A DNA stretch of 62,623 nt, filler included, from Platydemus manokwari (Eukaryota), in NCBI GenBank assembly GCA_037951405.1. It is 6 parts of 6 records of this genome, joined end to end, with 100 filler letters (N's around TTAATTAATTAA, not from the genome) between each part and the next. Parts side by side here need not be neighbours in the genome. Positions count along the whole stretch, not along the records: positions 30,876 to 41,987 come from JBBMOY010813314.1; positions 42,088 to 51,669 come from JBBMOY011229543.1; 4 more parts are not named here. The stretch is one strand, 5' to 3'. Numbering within the stretch: the first letter of the stretch is position 1; each line of letters opens with the position of its first letter. Shown in pieces: positions 38,409 to 51,669 of the stretch. A program made the position numbers and the translations under genes. The notes under the pieces are model-generated. The model made no database searches. It saw only the letters and a list, made by a program, of their open reading frames with translations, and was not told the origin of the DNA.

Positions 38409-39533
38409 ATGAGCCACAAACTCACAGAAACGAATGAAAATACCATGCCAAAGAGAAAAGGAATGTCGGTAAAGAAGACGGTAAAAGCCCGGATCTTTTA
38501 TGATAGAATAGAAGCCTTTATGAATGTAAACCATTGGAGGCAGATCAATATTACAAGGGTACAAGATAGACCCAATTGCCTCAGAGAAAAAGCGGTTGAA
38601 AATAGAAGAATGTTCCTAAGAGCAGAACCGCAGGAAGGCGAATTACCAATAAAAGGACTGATAGAGGACCAAGAAGAGATCGAGATCGATAACGTCCTCA
38701 CAGCAATTTGGATTATCGAACACCTCAACATGGCCTAATCGAAGAAACTGTTCAAGGAAGGACAGATTAACTGTTGGCCGAAGAGGAAGTAAATTAATTA
38801 TTGAGGGGAACAATAGTTATCGATCATAGAGTATGGGAAGGACTGATAGCTCTGAGAATTACTCCTGGTGACTTATATGAAGTGAGAGAATTATCAAATG
38901 CCCCAGTATTTGGAAAAGATGGCGTGAAGAGGAGTAACGGGAGATTCACCCTCCAAAGATCATCGAGCCATTATGTCAACTATGAGTTCCCAAGGAAGTT
39001 AAAAATCTACCTCGCCATAGAACCCAGGTGGACGGATCATAAGGAAGCAAGAGACGAAAGAAAATATGAGGAGGAAACCAACGTGAGAATCCCGTCCAAG
39101 AAAATAGAGCAACCAACGAAGAAAAAGTAGACTGGGAAAATTCAGACATTGTTATCCAAGGATAATCGGAGGAATCAAGAAGAGCCCATACCATCCACAA
39201 GAAGAGGGTCAGGAGAATGCCAACCCTCCACCAGTAAAAGGATCAAGTCGGAAGAAATAGATATAAACGAGGAAATGCTATGGGACACTCCAGACTCTGT
39301 AGAGATTCTGGATGAGGATGCACTATAATGGAAATACACAGAGGTCTTAACTTGGACAACCCAGAGTTAAAGGTCAAATACGAATAGCATACTTGCGCAG
39401 AGGAGGAAGTGGAGAAGTAATTTATCCCGGAAGACGAGGAGATGCCACTACAGGAACCCCAACCAGAAAGAAGCAGAGATAACAGAGAGGATACAGTTAT
39501 CGGGATTATACCCACGCAGGCTGCAGGCCTATA
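38409..39533 (+). pseudogene. Accessory ORF of the Gypsy element (~375 codons, disrupted), function unknown
   Basis: ATG at 38409 (MSHKLTETNENTMPKRKG..) continues through ORF pieces 38262..38738 and 38801..39130 and an acidic tail (..EDEEMPLQEPQPERSRDNREDTVIGIIPTQAAGL*). Same A-rich coding-strand bias as the pol gene. Confidence 0.55.
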
Positions 39534-39589
39534 AATTATAAATTGCATAATAATTATATAATAATAATAAATTAAAACAGGAAACCCAC

Positions 39590-40330
39590 ATTAATTAAAA
39601 CTTAGGCGTCTCGGCTCAATGATATTAATAATAACTGTAAATTTTTTTGGAAAACTGATTAAAAATCATTATTAATCCACGTTGCCATAGCCATCCGAAA
39701 TATAGTCATAGAAATTCAAATTTAAATGCAAATTGCCATGACAACGATGGATATTACTAAGAGAACCTCAAAATCAGAAATAAAATTAATCATGCGCCTA
39801 CATTCCAAATTCATATAAATACTGAAGTAAAATTCAGTATTTTGCCACAAAACTACGTAGTTCATAACGATTACAGATCCACTTCGAGATCATATTCGAG
39901 ATTATAAATTAAGATTTGAGATTACAATTCAGATTACAAATCAAATTCAAGACAACATTCGCAGCCAACTCAAGTAATAAACTAATTTCAGCAATTTCTA
40001 GTATCTGGCGACAATTGTTTACCTACTATTAAGCTCAATTATTAATTCAAAATGGTAAAAGTTCATTATTATTTTGCTCACCTGATATCATTCTCCGAGG
40101 AGATTTATTGTCAGTGAACATTAAAACCCTCACAAAATCGTAACAGAGTTTGTGAGTCTAAAATCAATACTTCTTTAGTTTATATACCGCAGTGGGGCGC
40201 CACTTAGTTCCCGCCGGCGGTTGTTATTTACTGATAAATCTTTAGGGCACAACAGCTTACTCCTTCTAACTTACAGCATAACACATTTGATAATATTTAT
40301 TATAATAAAGTATTTTGTTATTACATTATT
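39590..40330 (+). mobile_element. LTR-like non-coding segment (boundaries uncertain)
   Basis: X-box-like motifs at 39681-39694 and 39732-39745, TATAAATA at 39814-39821, short GAGATTA-type repeats, and AATAAA at 39976-39981, in U3-R-U5 order. Confidence 0.4.
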
Positions 40331-40896
40331 GTTCTTATTAATATTTATATAACTCATTTACACGCAACCTATTAATCTGTGAAGTTTCAGATATTGGTGG
40401 AAACACCAATCTCTGACTCACGGAAGCTCATTTAATTACATAGTAAATTATCGGTTGAAAAATCGTTGATTCACTATTAACTTACCACCAAACAAGTTTC
40501 CATCACAATCCCTCGAAGAAAAAATTGAAGAATTGGAACGCAAAGTGTTAGTAATTCCGGGAACCTCTAAGAAGATTCAAGCAAGCTCCGAAAAGAAAAG
40601 GTAATGGAAAGAAGCAAAGACGGAATTCGACCTCAGCGAAGACCCTCACCAACAAATTCAGGAAGATGGAGAAATATTTCAATTAGGCTATTTAGCCTTT
40701 TTCTGCAACAGAACAGGAGAAGACGTATCAAGAGGAAGAAGAAATGAGCGCGGAAATGATACCAGATAGACATTGTATTATAATTCTGATATTGATTATG
40801 ATTTTCATGGTGAATTAATAAATTTTGTAGTAGTATTTTGTAGTTTTATTTTATTGTTTTTAAAATTAGAAAATCTCAAATGTTTGAGAGGGCCAA

Positions 40897-41948
40897 TGAA
40901 GAGTCCACATTGTAAAAATATTAAAATAAAGATAAAAGTAAATAGCTAAGGAAAAAAGATAAGTTTAAAGATAGAGAAAATAAAATTTATTTTACTTAAA
41001 ATAAATAATAAAGTGGAAAAACTAATTTTAAAATTAAATTATTGATAAGAAAAATAATTATTTGAATAAATAAAGAAAATAAGGAATCTTAAATTATTAT
41101 TAGTAAATGGTAATTTGTTTAAATGAATTAAATAATTATTTAAGAAGGCAATTTTCCAAGAAAGTAATTATCGATCAATATCTGGTGACATTGATCCAAA
41201 TGTAGGAGTTGACTATACATGTCAACTCGGGTTAGAGAAATATGCTGCAAGTGGTGCGAGCACAATAACAGTATTTAAAGGCGGACTTGTGGTGAAAAAC
41301 TCACAATTAACTGGAACCAAAGCACAAGCCAGACAGAAGAGAATTTTGCAGTCAGAACAGAAACTAAGAAAATTGTCTCAGTCAGAACAGGATTTCCGAA
41401 CAAATTTTCAAAAGAAGAGAATTTCAAGATTAATTTCAATCAGATCGAGATTTAGAAGCAAGAAGTTACCAGATTTAGAATTCAGACAAAATTTACGTCA
41501 CGGTGAAAAGAAACAGTTACTAGGAGCAGGTTATATTTTTATTAATATTGAGTATTCGTGGACAGTGCTTCCTGAATATCGGTATTAGTATAAAGTAATT
41601 GTATAGAGCGTCTGTAATCCGTTACGCACGCTGGTATTTTGTAGTATCGGCAAGGAGTAGTTCCTTGGCCAGTAATCCAATATGGTGAAAAAGACTAAAT
41701 CCGTATTTGTAAACAGAACTTTATTGGGAGCTAGGCCCTTGGTGTAACTAATCAAAGTTGTAAATATAGTTATAGAAATATAACGTAGTGTGCAACTTTG
41801 TTTTGATTTTGGAGTTAGGTTATTACGAGGATTGATGAGCTCCACACTCGGTTGACCCAACAAAAAAATAATTGGTAGCAAAATTGATATAATGATTGGG
41901 GCTTTTTTGAGCATAATGATTAATAATAGAGAATGCTCGCTCGTTACA
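40897..41948 (+). mobile_element. Probable 3' LTR (~1.05 kb)
   Basis: Purine tract GAGAGGG at 40886-40892, then TG (40897; alternative start TGTAA at 40911). TATTTAAAG at ~41272, internal short repeats (CAGTCAGAACAG x2), and the end ...CTCGTTACA at 41948. Confidence 0.45.
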
Positions 41949-41987
41949 ATAATAATTAATTGACAATTAATAAATTAATAATTAATT

Positions 41988-42087
41988 NNNNNNNNNNNNN
42001 NNNNNNNNNNNNNNNNNNNNNNNNNNNNNNNTTAATTAATTAANNNNNNNNNNNNNNNNNNNNNNNNNNNNNNNNNNNNNNNNNNNN
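41988..42087. other. Artificial contig linker
   Basis: N44-TTAATTAATTAA-N44. Confidence 0.98.
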
Positions 42088-44776
42088 GTTTAAATGATTT
42101 GGTAAAACAAAAACTTTAAACAACTAAAAAACATGAATAACTTTTGACTCAGCCTAATATATTTCATTGCATGAAATATTGTTTTCCTCGTTTAATTAAA
42201 CAAAACCGAATTTGAGCCCAATAAACAATAAAATTTCTTAAGATGATGTTAAATTTACTTACTATTTTAAGCATTTTACGTAAAGACAGTGCGTACGAAA
42301 GGAAATCTCGGTTTAATCAAGTTCTTTATACTGGTTTTCCTTTACCACTTATTGTTATATATTTCAAATATGAATTAATAAATGACAGTCTAAGCGAAAT
42401 TAACGGAATCTAACTGTCATTTTGTCAAATAAGAAAATGTTTTCCAACGATTTTCATCAAATGAAAATTGTTTATTAAACTTCATTATAAATATTCTTTG
42501 ATCATTTTGACCCGACAAGTAATTATTATTATCATTATATTAATAATTGTCCTGAGAATTCATATTTATTTAAAATATACTTATTTAAGAATAAGCACAG
42601 AATTGAAATATATTTCACTATTTTTAAATTAAAAGTTAAATAATATGTTTCAGTGCTAATCGACTGGATTTAAATTAGGAACATTTCCTTTCGTTTGTCG
42701 ACTACTTCCCGGTTAATATTAATTGCAAAATTAAGATTTGAAATAAATAATGAAATTAATTTACCTGGTAATATCATTTTATTCTTTATCATTTAACAAA
42801 AATAGTTGGCTTACACGTAATGGTTTATCGTGTATCATTTGATTTCAGAATTTACTTACAAAAATATTTTTATCACTTTTTAACTTGAAACGATTTTATC
42901 AGTAAAACAGCAATCACAATGGATTGTAGATTTAATGTTTTCAGGATAAATGTCTGTGTCATTCGAATACACAAAACTCTTAGAATGATTATCAGTGAAA
43001 ATCCAAGTTAAGAAGTCATTCGTAAGACCACCAATAAAACCTCATCAATTAAATATAAATTAAAACTGTTGTGGTTTCTTATGCAAATGTTAAATTTTTA
43101 TTATTAAAATATTTTTATATGAACTGGATGGTAATATTACAAAAATTTTTATACCTATTTTTCTTTTTTATTTACTATTTACATCATCTTTGATTTCTAC
43201 TTGCTATTTTTAGGTATCATTATTTTACTATTTTATTTTTATACTTTTTAAATTTTTTTAATATTTAGTTAATTTTAAAAATTTTAATTTTCGTTTTTCA
43301 AATAATCAAATTTTAAGATTTAAAAGCTCTAATTTATTTGATATTTTATTTCAAACAACGAAAATTATTGTTAAGCACTTTAAAAAATTAACTAGCCGGG
43401 CAATGATTGAACTAAAAATTCACACAAAATTCTAACAATGTTAATCTAATGGAATTTTGGTATGAAGCTCTTGATAGATACCATAGAATTCATCACCTGC
43501 AATAGAAATGGCGATCAGTAGCTAGGAACAAGTAATTCATTTTTTAAATATTTTTATCCCTTCCATTTATTTAACGTTTTCTGATACATTTAAGATGTTA
43601 AATCCATAATTTTATTCTAGGGTCGATATGAAGATCTTTTTTTAGTATTAGATCTATAAAGAAAATAAGCACTAGTAATCTATAAATGGAGTTCTTTCTT
43701 AAATGTGGGCAAGAGATTCTTCAATATTAATAAATATTTAATGTAATAACCGAATTATGATTAAGAATAGTTAAAGACCATATATACGCACTACACGTGT
43801 CAAACTGGTCATATTTTAATTCGACAGTACTGTGGAATAACTCGAGTCTTATTTTGTCCTATAATTCACTCGAAATTGTAAAACAAACATTTATCGATCA
43901 AGAGATAAAAGAAAAAATAAAGACCACAGATATTTATTAAAAGCAATTAATTGCTTTCCTTTTGTAAGCAAAATTTTAGCTCACCTTAGCACAAATACCT
44001 GTTTACCATTAATGAAAACACATTTCTGTTCTCCTTTCTAACCAACATTCAGCTGTGTTACCTTTGATTTTCACAAACAATTAACGAGTAGTCACCTCGC
44101 CTACCATCCATTTGACTTTACCAAGATCCTGATCTAATCCTACCTAAATTTAGAGTTGCCAGCTTATTCTATTTTCGACAATTTATCTCTTAACCTTTGG
44201 GTTTTGTTACTAATATTTATTATTTTTGGTGCGAATATATTCAACATCCTAATCATGGATATTTACAATTATCTTATCCGATTGACCAAAATTATTTGTT
44301 TGCCGGCCTTATTAAATCGTAATAAAATATCCCTTTCTGTCAAGCCTAATTTATTTTATTTTAAAGCATTTTTTGAATACTTAAATCAACCGAAAAATTA
44401 AAATCAAAACACGAGATGCACAATCTCTGATCAATCGATTTAACGATGTAGCACCAATGTCCCAGTTCCAATGGCTTACTAAGCAATTTATTTTCTAATT
44501 ATCGGTGAGGTCCATGAAAGGTTTGTTATAATAATGCAACAAATATTTGCAACTGACGACAGGAAAAATAACGTGATATTGATTGTGAGAATAAGAATGG
44601 AATTACAATGGTCGGTCGTGGACACGTGATATCAAATGTAAAATGAATATGAATTCGAGCACACCAACAATAGAAGTAATGGCGAATTCGAATACCTATT
44701 GTACGCGGATGAGTGGAAAAGACGACGAAACTGGTCCATTTGGGGGGACTACTTTTTAAAATTCCTAATTGTTCAA

Positions 44777-46447
44777 TCAATAATAAAAGTTACAATGTTG
44801 AGAATAAAAATCGAGAAAAACTGTAGAAAATAGTCAAAAAAGGCAATGTTGTGACATTGGAAAGAAGCAATAATAAAAATTACATTCGTCCGGTTTGATC
44901 AATCCGTGTCGGAAATAGAAATCAAGACAAACCGAAGCAGAATTATACTTAAAATCGGGTCCCATCAATCGATCAAACGCCTGTAAAAGTGATTATTGAT
45001 CGGATAAATATGAAAACGAATTCACTTGTTCAGTGGACATCAATGTAAAGCTCTCAACCTCACCATCTTTATTGATCGGTTTGAAATCCAATGGCAATCT
45101 CAAATCGTAACAATACATGATTTCCGGTAGAATTCCACTCTCATCTTCATAAACCAAACTTGAAAACGAAAATCCAATGACGTATTGCGTGGAAAACATT
45201 TTCAAAATCACCTTAAGCACCCACACGATTTCAGATTGTTCTGTAAAACAAGTCGCGAGATTCCCGCTTCCTCTTCACATTCGCGAACAACATTTTCATG
45301 AATCGAAAATTGTGAATTACATCCACCAGCAGCCTACATGATTCGAGTTGTATAGTTTATCTTTATCGAGGACAATGAGCATTCCACTTCAGGAAAATGA
45401 AAATAAAAGACCAAGGAACAACTTTAAAATCACGCGCCAATGCTTGTTAATAGCAGAACGCTCATCAATCGATCGGTTTTCTATTCGTCAACACCAAACA
45501 TCGAATCTTTTAAGCTTATAAATCACCTAATGTTGGACATTGGTTGAATTACCCCCCGCCCCTTTATTTCGTTATTACTTGCTACTGAATCGAGAGACTG
45601 AGTCTTATATCAAGGAAAACCAATTTAAAGCACATTAATCCAGATAAGCAACTAATTTAACAATAATTCAAAATGAAATTTAATTACCAGATTATCAAAT
45701 TGGCCTGGAAAAGTAAATTTGCTCATCGATCTCTTCGCTATCCAAATAGAATAAACACCATCGTTTTCCACGTAACCGTTAACATGAACCCCGTATAGAG
45801 TAACACCTAACATGCCGGTTGCAGATCTTTCAATATCGAACCAATGTTTTCGGCGATTATCACTGTAGACAGCATATCTCTGTAAAGTTATTCTCATTGT
45901 TATTCGTTACAAGCGTTGGCAATTTATCAATAACACACTGGAAATGTGAAATCATATGAATTTAAAGTTAATTATATATAAAAATCAGTGTGAAATATTA
46001 AAATATTAGCTTTATATTACCAAAATTATAAAAAACATTCTAAACAAATTTCAAGTACTCATCAAATTATCAATAGTACAAAATCACTTCATTTCGCCAT
46101 TTCGATAACAATGGCAATTTATTTTCTTTTAATTGTATTAAAACATCATTAATGGCTTCGGTTTTCAGTTTTGGTGTAACAAGATCCCCATTTAATGTGA
46201 CAATTATATTATCCGCTTTATCTTTATATGTTGTGAATACATTGGAATAAGCTGAAATAACTTCAAACATATCCTTTCTTACAAATCCCAAATGAATATT
46301 GTCTATAACAAATTTATAGACTGGCAATGATTTCGAATCTATTAAATGCGCGTAACAATGATAACAGAATCTATTTGATATACCTCTGAACAAAAAATTG
46401 TTAGCTTTAAATAAAATAGATTTTAAATCTCTGGCTTTTAATATTCC
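44777..46447 (-). CDS. Nudix hydrolase, YJR142W / plant NUDT20-24-like (N-terminal DUF4743-type region plus Nudix domain); start exon unresolved
   Basis: Exons 46447-46384, 46338-46088, 45879-45688, 45333-45212, 45158-45026, 44980-44884 and (tentative) 44820-44777 are phase-consistent. Motifs: WRNE|RYAV, ERSATGMLGV..YGVHVNGYV, WIAKRSMSKFTFPGQFDNL|AAGG, Nudix box ENVVRECEEEAG, YDL.LP.DF.P.N.DGEVESF, FKYNS...LDFYFRHG. Confidence 0.9.
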
Positions 46448-49400
46448 CTAAAATGTAAATAATGTCTCATTTAACAAAAATAAATCTTATTAAGTGCCAC
46501 GATAAAAAATTTAAATATTAGCGAAGTGAATATTAAAAGAATCCATTTGAATAATAAATTTTATCAGAATTTAAAGTTTACTTTTATCTCATGCTATTAA
46601 TTAAATCAAAAGTCTCATTTTAATAATCTAAGCAAAATGTTTGAGATTTCATATCGTTTAAGATGTACTGGTGGAGTTTCCAAAGTAAATAGCTTCAGAT
46701 TTTTATAAAACGAACAATAAGTAGATGTACACTTTAAAGATTGAGACTAAATAAAAAGTTATACAATTGATAAATATATTAAGCTACTTATTTATTTATA
46801 AAATTAAGCAAAATTAATGAATTAAATAAATAGCAAAATACATTATGGCTTTTCACTAAATTTGAAATTATTTTAAAATATAATTTTAAAAACGCAATCA
46901 CTAAAAATAACATAATCCTAAATTTAGGTTATAACCATTAAATTTAAATTAAAACCAAAACTGATTATATAAGTAATTTACTGATAAAATATTTAAACTA
47001 AAATTAATTATGAAATAATAAATCTAAAATGATTTAATCTTTATGTGTATCCATATTAAAATTATGGTAATACGTAGTCTTAAAATAACTGATTAACATA
47101 TTCACCCAATTTCTATCGATATTGTTTTCCAGCTAAAATCATAGTTTTATTTTTCAATCACTCGAAAATGCTTAGTTATTAAAAAAAGTCTCGCAAATAC
47201 GTATTAATTCGAACAAGATTTTGATTTTAAGATTAGTGGACGTTATTTAAACAACACATACGTTAATGATTCTCTATGTTGTAGTACCACCTAGCTCGAA
47301 TACATTTGTTATATTTACTGTTTATAACTAAATTATTATTAAATTAAAACACAATGAAATAATAATGATTATTTGAATAAAACAATAAGATAAATTTTTG
47401 AATTCGATGATTAGACGTTTTTTTTTAATCAAAGATTATTTGGAATCTTATTTGCGCGGAAATCATTCAGTAATTTCCAATTTATAATGGCTTAAATTGA
47501 TTTTCACGCTTAAAATGTTTTGTAATTAATATTGTATATTTGCCATTATATATTTACTAAATTCAATTTATCCTTTTCCTCTTCTCCCTCAACTTGAATT
47601 TCCGTATATTTACTTTGTGATGCATTGAATATTTTGAATTATATTCAGTGTTATTTTTCCTATTGATTTATTTCATTTCTCTATACTAAGTCGTATTCTG
47701 ATTTAATTTAAAATTCCTTCAAATAAATTCCGATAGTACATTCTTCAATACTTGCCACTGAAGTTCTCATAGAGCCAGAATAGTAAAATAAAAGCCAAGA
47801 CGCATCATTTTATTTAATGCTTATATGTCGCTATTTATATCAACTTTATAATGTTCGACATCCCAGATAGTTATCTTATGGGCAACTAGCAATGTCAATT
47901 ATAATATAACAGTTTCAAAAGTTCGCACATTTTTCAGTTTCAGTCTTCTAAATTTGTCTTCTTCTACAAAATTATGTCGTTTCTCTTCCTGCTAATGCTG
48001 GTCTATTTATAGTAATTTTTATGATATAAATTTGGATGAATTATTTTAATTATTCTTTAAATTTTGCTTATTAAAAATAAAATTGTTGTTTTTAATATTC
48101 CTGAATTATTTTATTCTTATTTACCCGAAGACAGTTTGCTTTTGAAAAATATAATTTTAATTATAAAATTTAATCACATTATTTTTAAATGTTTAATTCA
48201 TGTTCAATTATTTTTTTAATACCATTATTTACAGTTGATTGTTTATCACTCCGATTCTATCCATGGGAATCGGTGGTAATGGAAATTCGATGATCAACCA
48301 ACATATATCTAGATGATCAAGTAGACCCTGTGTTAGTGATAATATTAAGTCTATTATGATATATATATTTTATTTTATTGTTGACCCTTATTTTTGTTAC
48401 AAACTTAAAAAATAATCCGAACTTGCAAACTCTAAATATGAAAAATAAATTAAAATAAACAATTAATCCTAGTCAGACTTCGATTTCAACTTCAACTAGA
48501 AGTTAGAATCTCGTGTGATTTTTATAAGGATAATTTTGAATTAAGAAGTTCAATCTGTAAGGGTTATCACTTTTTTATGCCTTCCGATACTTTCTAATTG
48601 GATTATAATATAAACTTCATAAGATATATAAACTTGAATTTAATATTAAAAAAATGAAAAGTAATTCTTTAAAATAACGTTTTAGTGCCAATCTAAGTTT
48701 GAAATGTTTATTACTTTTAAATTTATTAATGACGCTAATATTAATAAAACACTTTGGATTTTTTTTCTTAAACTTTATTAATTTTCTAATCATATTCATC
48801 AGGAACTTTCAAAATCGAAGAAAACGACGTCCAAAAAAACATCAAAATAAACTTTTAAAATTTAAGTAAATGAAATCTGAAAAAAATTTCAAATTCAGAA
48901 ATAAAGGTTATCTATGAATCAAGATTATTGTTAATGTCATTATCAAACTTTGTCTTCTCGAAAGTGTAATTAGTAATCTAATATTTTTCTTCTTATACAA
49001 AAGATCAACATTATATTTATTAAAATTGAATCTTGATAAACGCCAAATTACGGGAAACATACATCAATCAACACATAAATAAATGACTTTTAAATATCAC
49101 ACTGTAATATATGGGGTACCATTTATGAATATGATTTTTTTTAATATTGTTATTTAAACTACTTTCGGTTTATATTTGGTTGTGGTTTACGAAATTCTGT
49201 GTAAAAAGTAAAGTGGTGGCACTTAAAAATAAATTCCAAAATATATTTGGCTGCACAATGTACACTGCTGTTAGAGATTATGATTAACTTGATTTGGTAT
49301 TCAACATTGCGAATTCAGCAAGCCAAATGGTAGGTAGCGAAAAGTGGTTTAGTTAAATTACTAATTGTAAAATAAAAAAATGTGTGCATCGAAAATAATT

Positions 49401-51669
49401 ATCGAAAAAAAATTGTTTAATATCGCTTAATTAACTTGACAGTGAATGTATATCACTTTAAGTTTACTACACGTGACACATAATTTGTTAATATAGTAAA
49501 TATGGTAAATTTGGTTTTATTCAATACTCGTGGTAAATACATATTATGAATAATACAAAGTTATAAATTTTGTTTAAATATTGGTTAAAATTAAAATTTT
49601 ATTATGAATGAAATAATAATTATTAAAGTTACTTTTATTGTTGTTTTATTAAAAACAATAACTTTATCAAAAATCCCCAATGAACATTGGAATAAAAAAT
49701 TCGCACAAATTAAATAATTAAAATTATATAATTATTTTGTTGAATTATAATCGCCTGCATTTCATTAATAAATATGAAGAGCAAAAACATGAACTTGGTT
49801 TAAAAACAATAAAGTCTTTTGACTTATATAGTAAATATAGTATTTAGTTGGGTGTGTAGGTTATACAAGATCTGAAGACAGAAGATAGAATTGATTTTCA
49901 AAATAATCATTTGAAAGGGTTTTAGAGTCAAGTTTCTTTATCTACAAATAACTTTAGATAAATTTAATTAGAATTACAAGCATTGCTGGCTTTCCGACGT
50001 CGAAGATATTCCTAAATTAATCATTTTTTAGGTTAATATTGTTAATTTTGCTAAAATTCAAATAGTTCTTGAAATCTTTTAGTGCCTTCGATTAAAAGTA
50101 AAATAATAAATGAAAATATATTAATTATTATTATTAAATACAATTATTAAACCATAATATGAATGTAAAAAAATTCTAACAGTTAATAAAAATACATCTA
50201 GTTTATAAATGCTCCGGTATTAATAATAACAGACTAATAACTTTAACACCAAATATTATATATAGTCTTTCATTATTATATCAGCGTATGTAGTTGTATT
50301 ATACTTTATGTATATGTATAGTTACTATTTTGTAATGGTAATTACAGATATTATTTCTATGCAGATAAAATCAAAATTCTTTCTGGCTTGCTTTCTAGCA
50401 GCTTTATTTCAATGGCTATCTGTACTCATGAAAGGTTGAAATGCTTTATGATTTTTTCTCGGAACTGATCTCAACGATTTAAGCATAATATAACAATCAC
50501 TGGTTATTGGCTATTTTGTTTCGATGACAATCTGTGGTTGAAATGTTGGTGATAGAATTAAGCACATCAATAATGCAATTATCGATGATTTATTAACGAA
50601 TGTGTAATGTTGAAGTTTATTCAGGAGAGGAACTACAAATTCTATCGGCTTTATAGTTAATTTATTGTAGGCTTTCAACTAATCTCCTTAGGGAGAATGA
50701 TAAACATCTGAAGCGCATGAAAATAATTGAAATTACCATGATGAATAGATTGTGACGTTGTGATATGAAATAAATCCGTAAATAACAATTCCAAAAAGGA
50801 ATTTCTCTTCTGGAAAAGTTCGTTATTGATCCGTTATCCTCAAGATAAATTCGTTAACGATGATGTTTATTGCCTGTTAACTGTTGAAGTGGAGCATGAA
50901 CTGATGAAGTGTCTGAACTTTGTGTGCTTCGATCTACGTGAGAAGATTATCTGCAAATTTTCTGGTTTTGACTCGGTATATAAACTGTTTCATTCGTGGA
51001 CCGATAATCCATATTTTAATCTTTAGCTTATAACCATGGTTACTTATGACTATTTATATTTGAATTACAGACTGCTACGCATATACCACAATTTGTCATG
51101 AAAACGTGAGTGATTAATGTGATTTATCAGATAATTTATATCTTTATTTATTATAGTGTCTAGATACCCATTAATGTTATACATGTAACCGTTTAACAGC
51201 TGTACACATGATTGGTTATTGTTTGGAAACTTCTTTAGTCATATATTAGTTTTGTCCAATTACTAAAGAGACTTATGAAAGGTCGAAATCAGACTATTAA
51301 ATTGTGAATTTATTAGAGGAAACCTATGATGTTCATTATTTTCTTGTTATTTCCAGATGTAACTACTGAGCTATAAACAAATAATTACACTTATGACACA
51401 TTTTGTCTCATCTCTTTCACACAAATCTTGCCCGTTATATAATTAGATATTCAAATATTATAATCCAAATATTAATTTTCATGAAAAGTGTAAGCCACTA
51501 CTATTTAATAAAGCCCGCATTGAGAAAATTACAACACAAGAATTTATGTAATCAAATAAATCCTTTTGAACAGCTCAGCTAATGAAAATATAAATCCTGT
51601 GCAAGAAACTTTTCCTTTGTTGCCTCTGAAGATGGATATCACAGATTATAAGTCGCCTTTCAATATCTC

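Larger units (their letters stand above)
36780..39533 (+). mobile_element. Gypsy (Metaviridae) LTR retrotransposon 3' half: integrase, env-like ORF and accessory ORF (degenerate)
   Basis: CEIC (end of the zinc finger), then MDIMGPFP..GNRYNLVFCDYFTRWPEAF, ILTDRG and YRPQTDGLVERFNNTL (rve DDE). An internal deletion is followed by GPYTV..VHANRCKR (GPY/F domain) and downstream extra ORFs. Confidence 0.92.

Noticed and set aside
40195-40205. TGGCGCCC on the minus strand as a tRNA-Lys primer binding site
   Set aside because: The match stops after 8 nt and is not directly after an LTR-terminal CA.
41289-41914. ORFs 41289..41588 and 41585..41914 as genes
   Set aside because: They lie within LTR-like DNA built from short repeats and show no protein signature.
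44526-44780. 84-aa minus-strand ORF
   Set aside because: No ATG-supported model or family; most likely Nudix 3' UTR or an alternative last exon.
47700-47900. Integrase H2C2-like remnant on the minus strand
   Set aside because: It needs several frameshifts and key His/Cys residues are missing.
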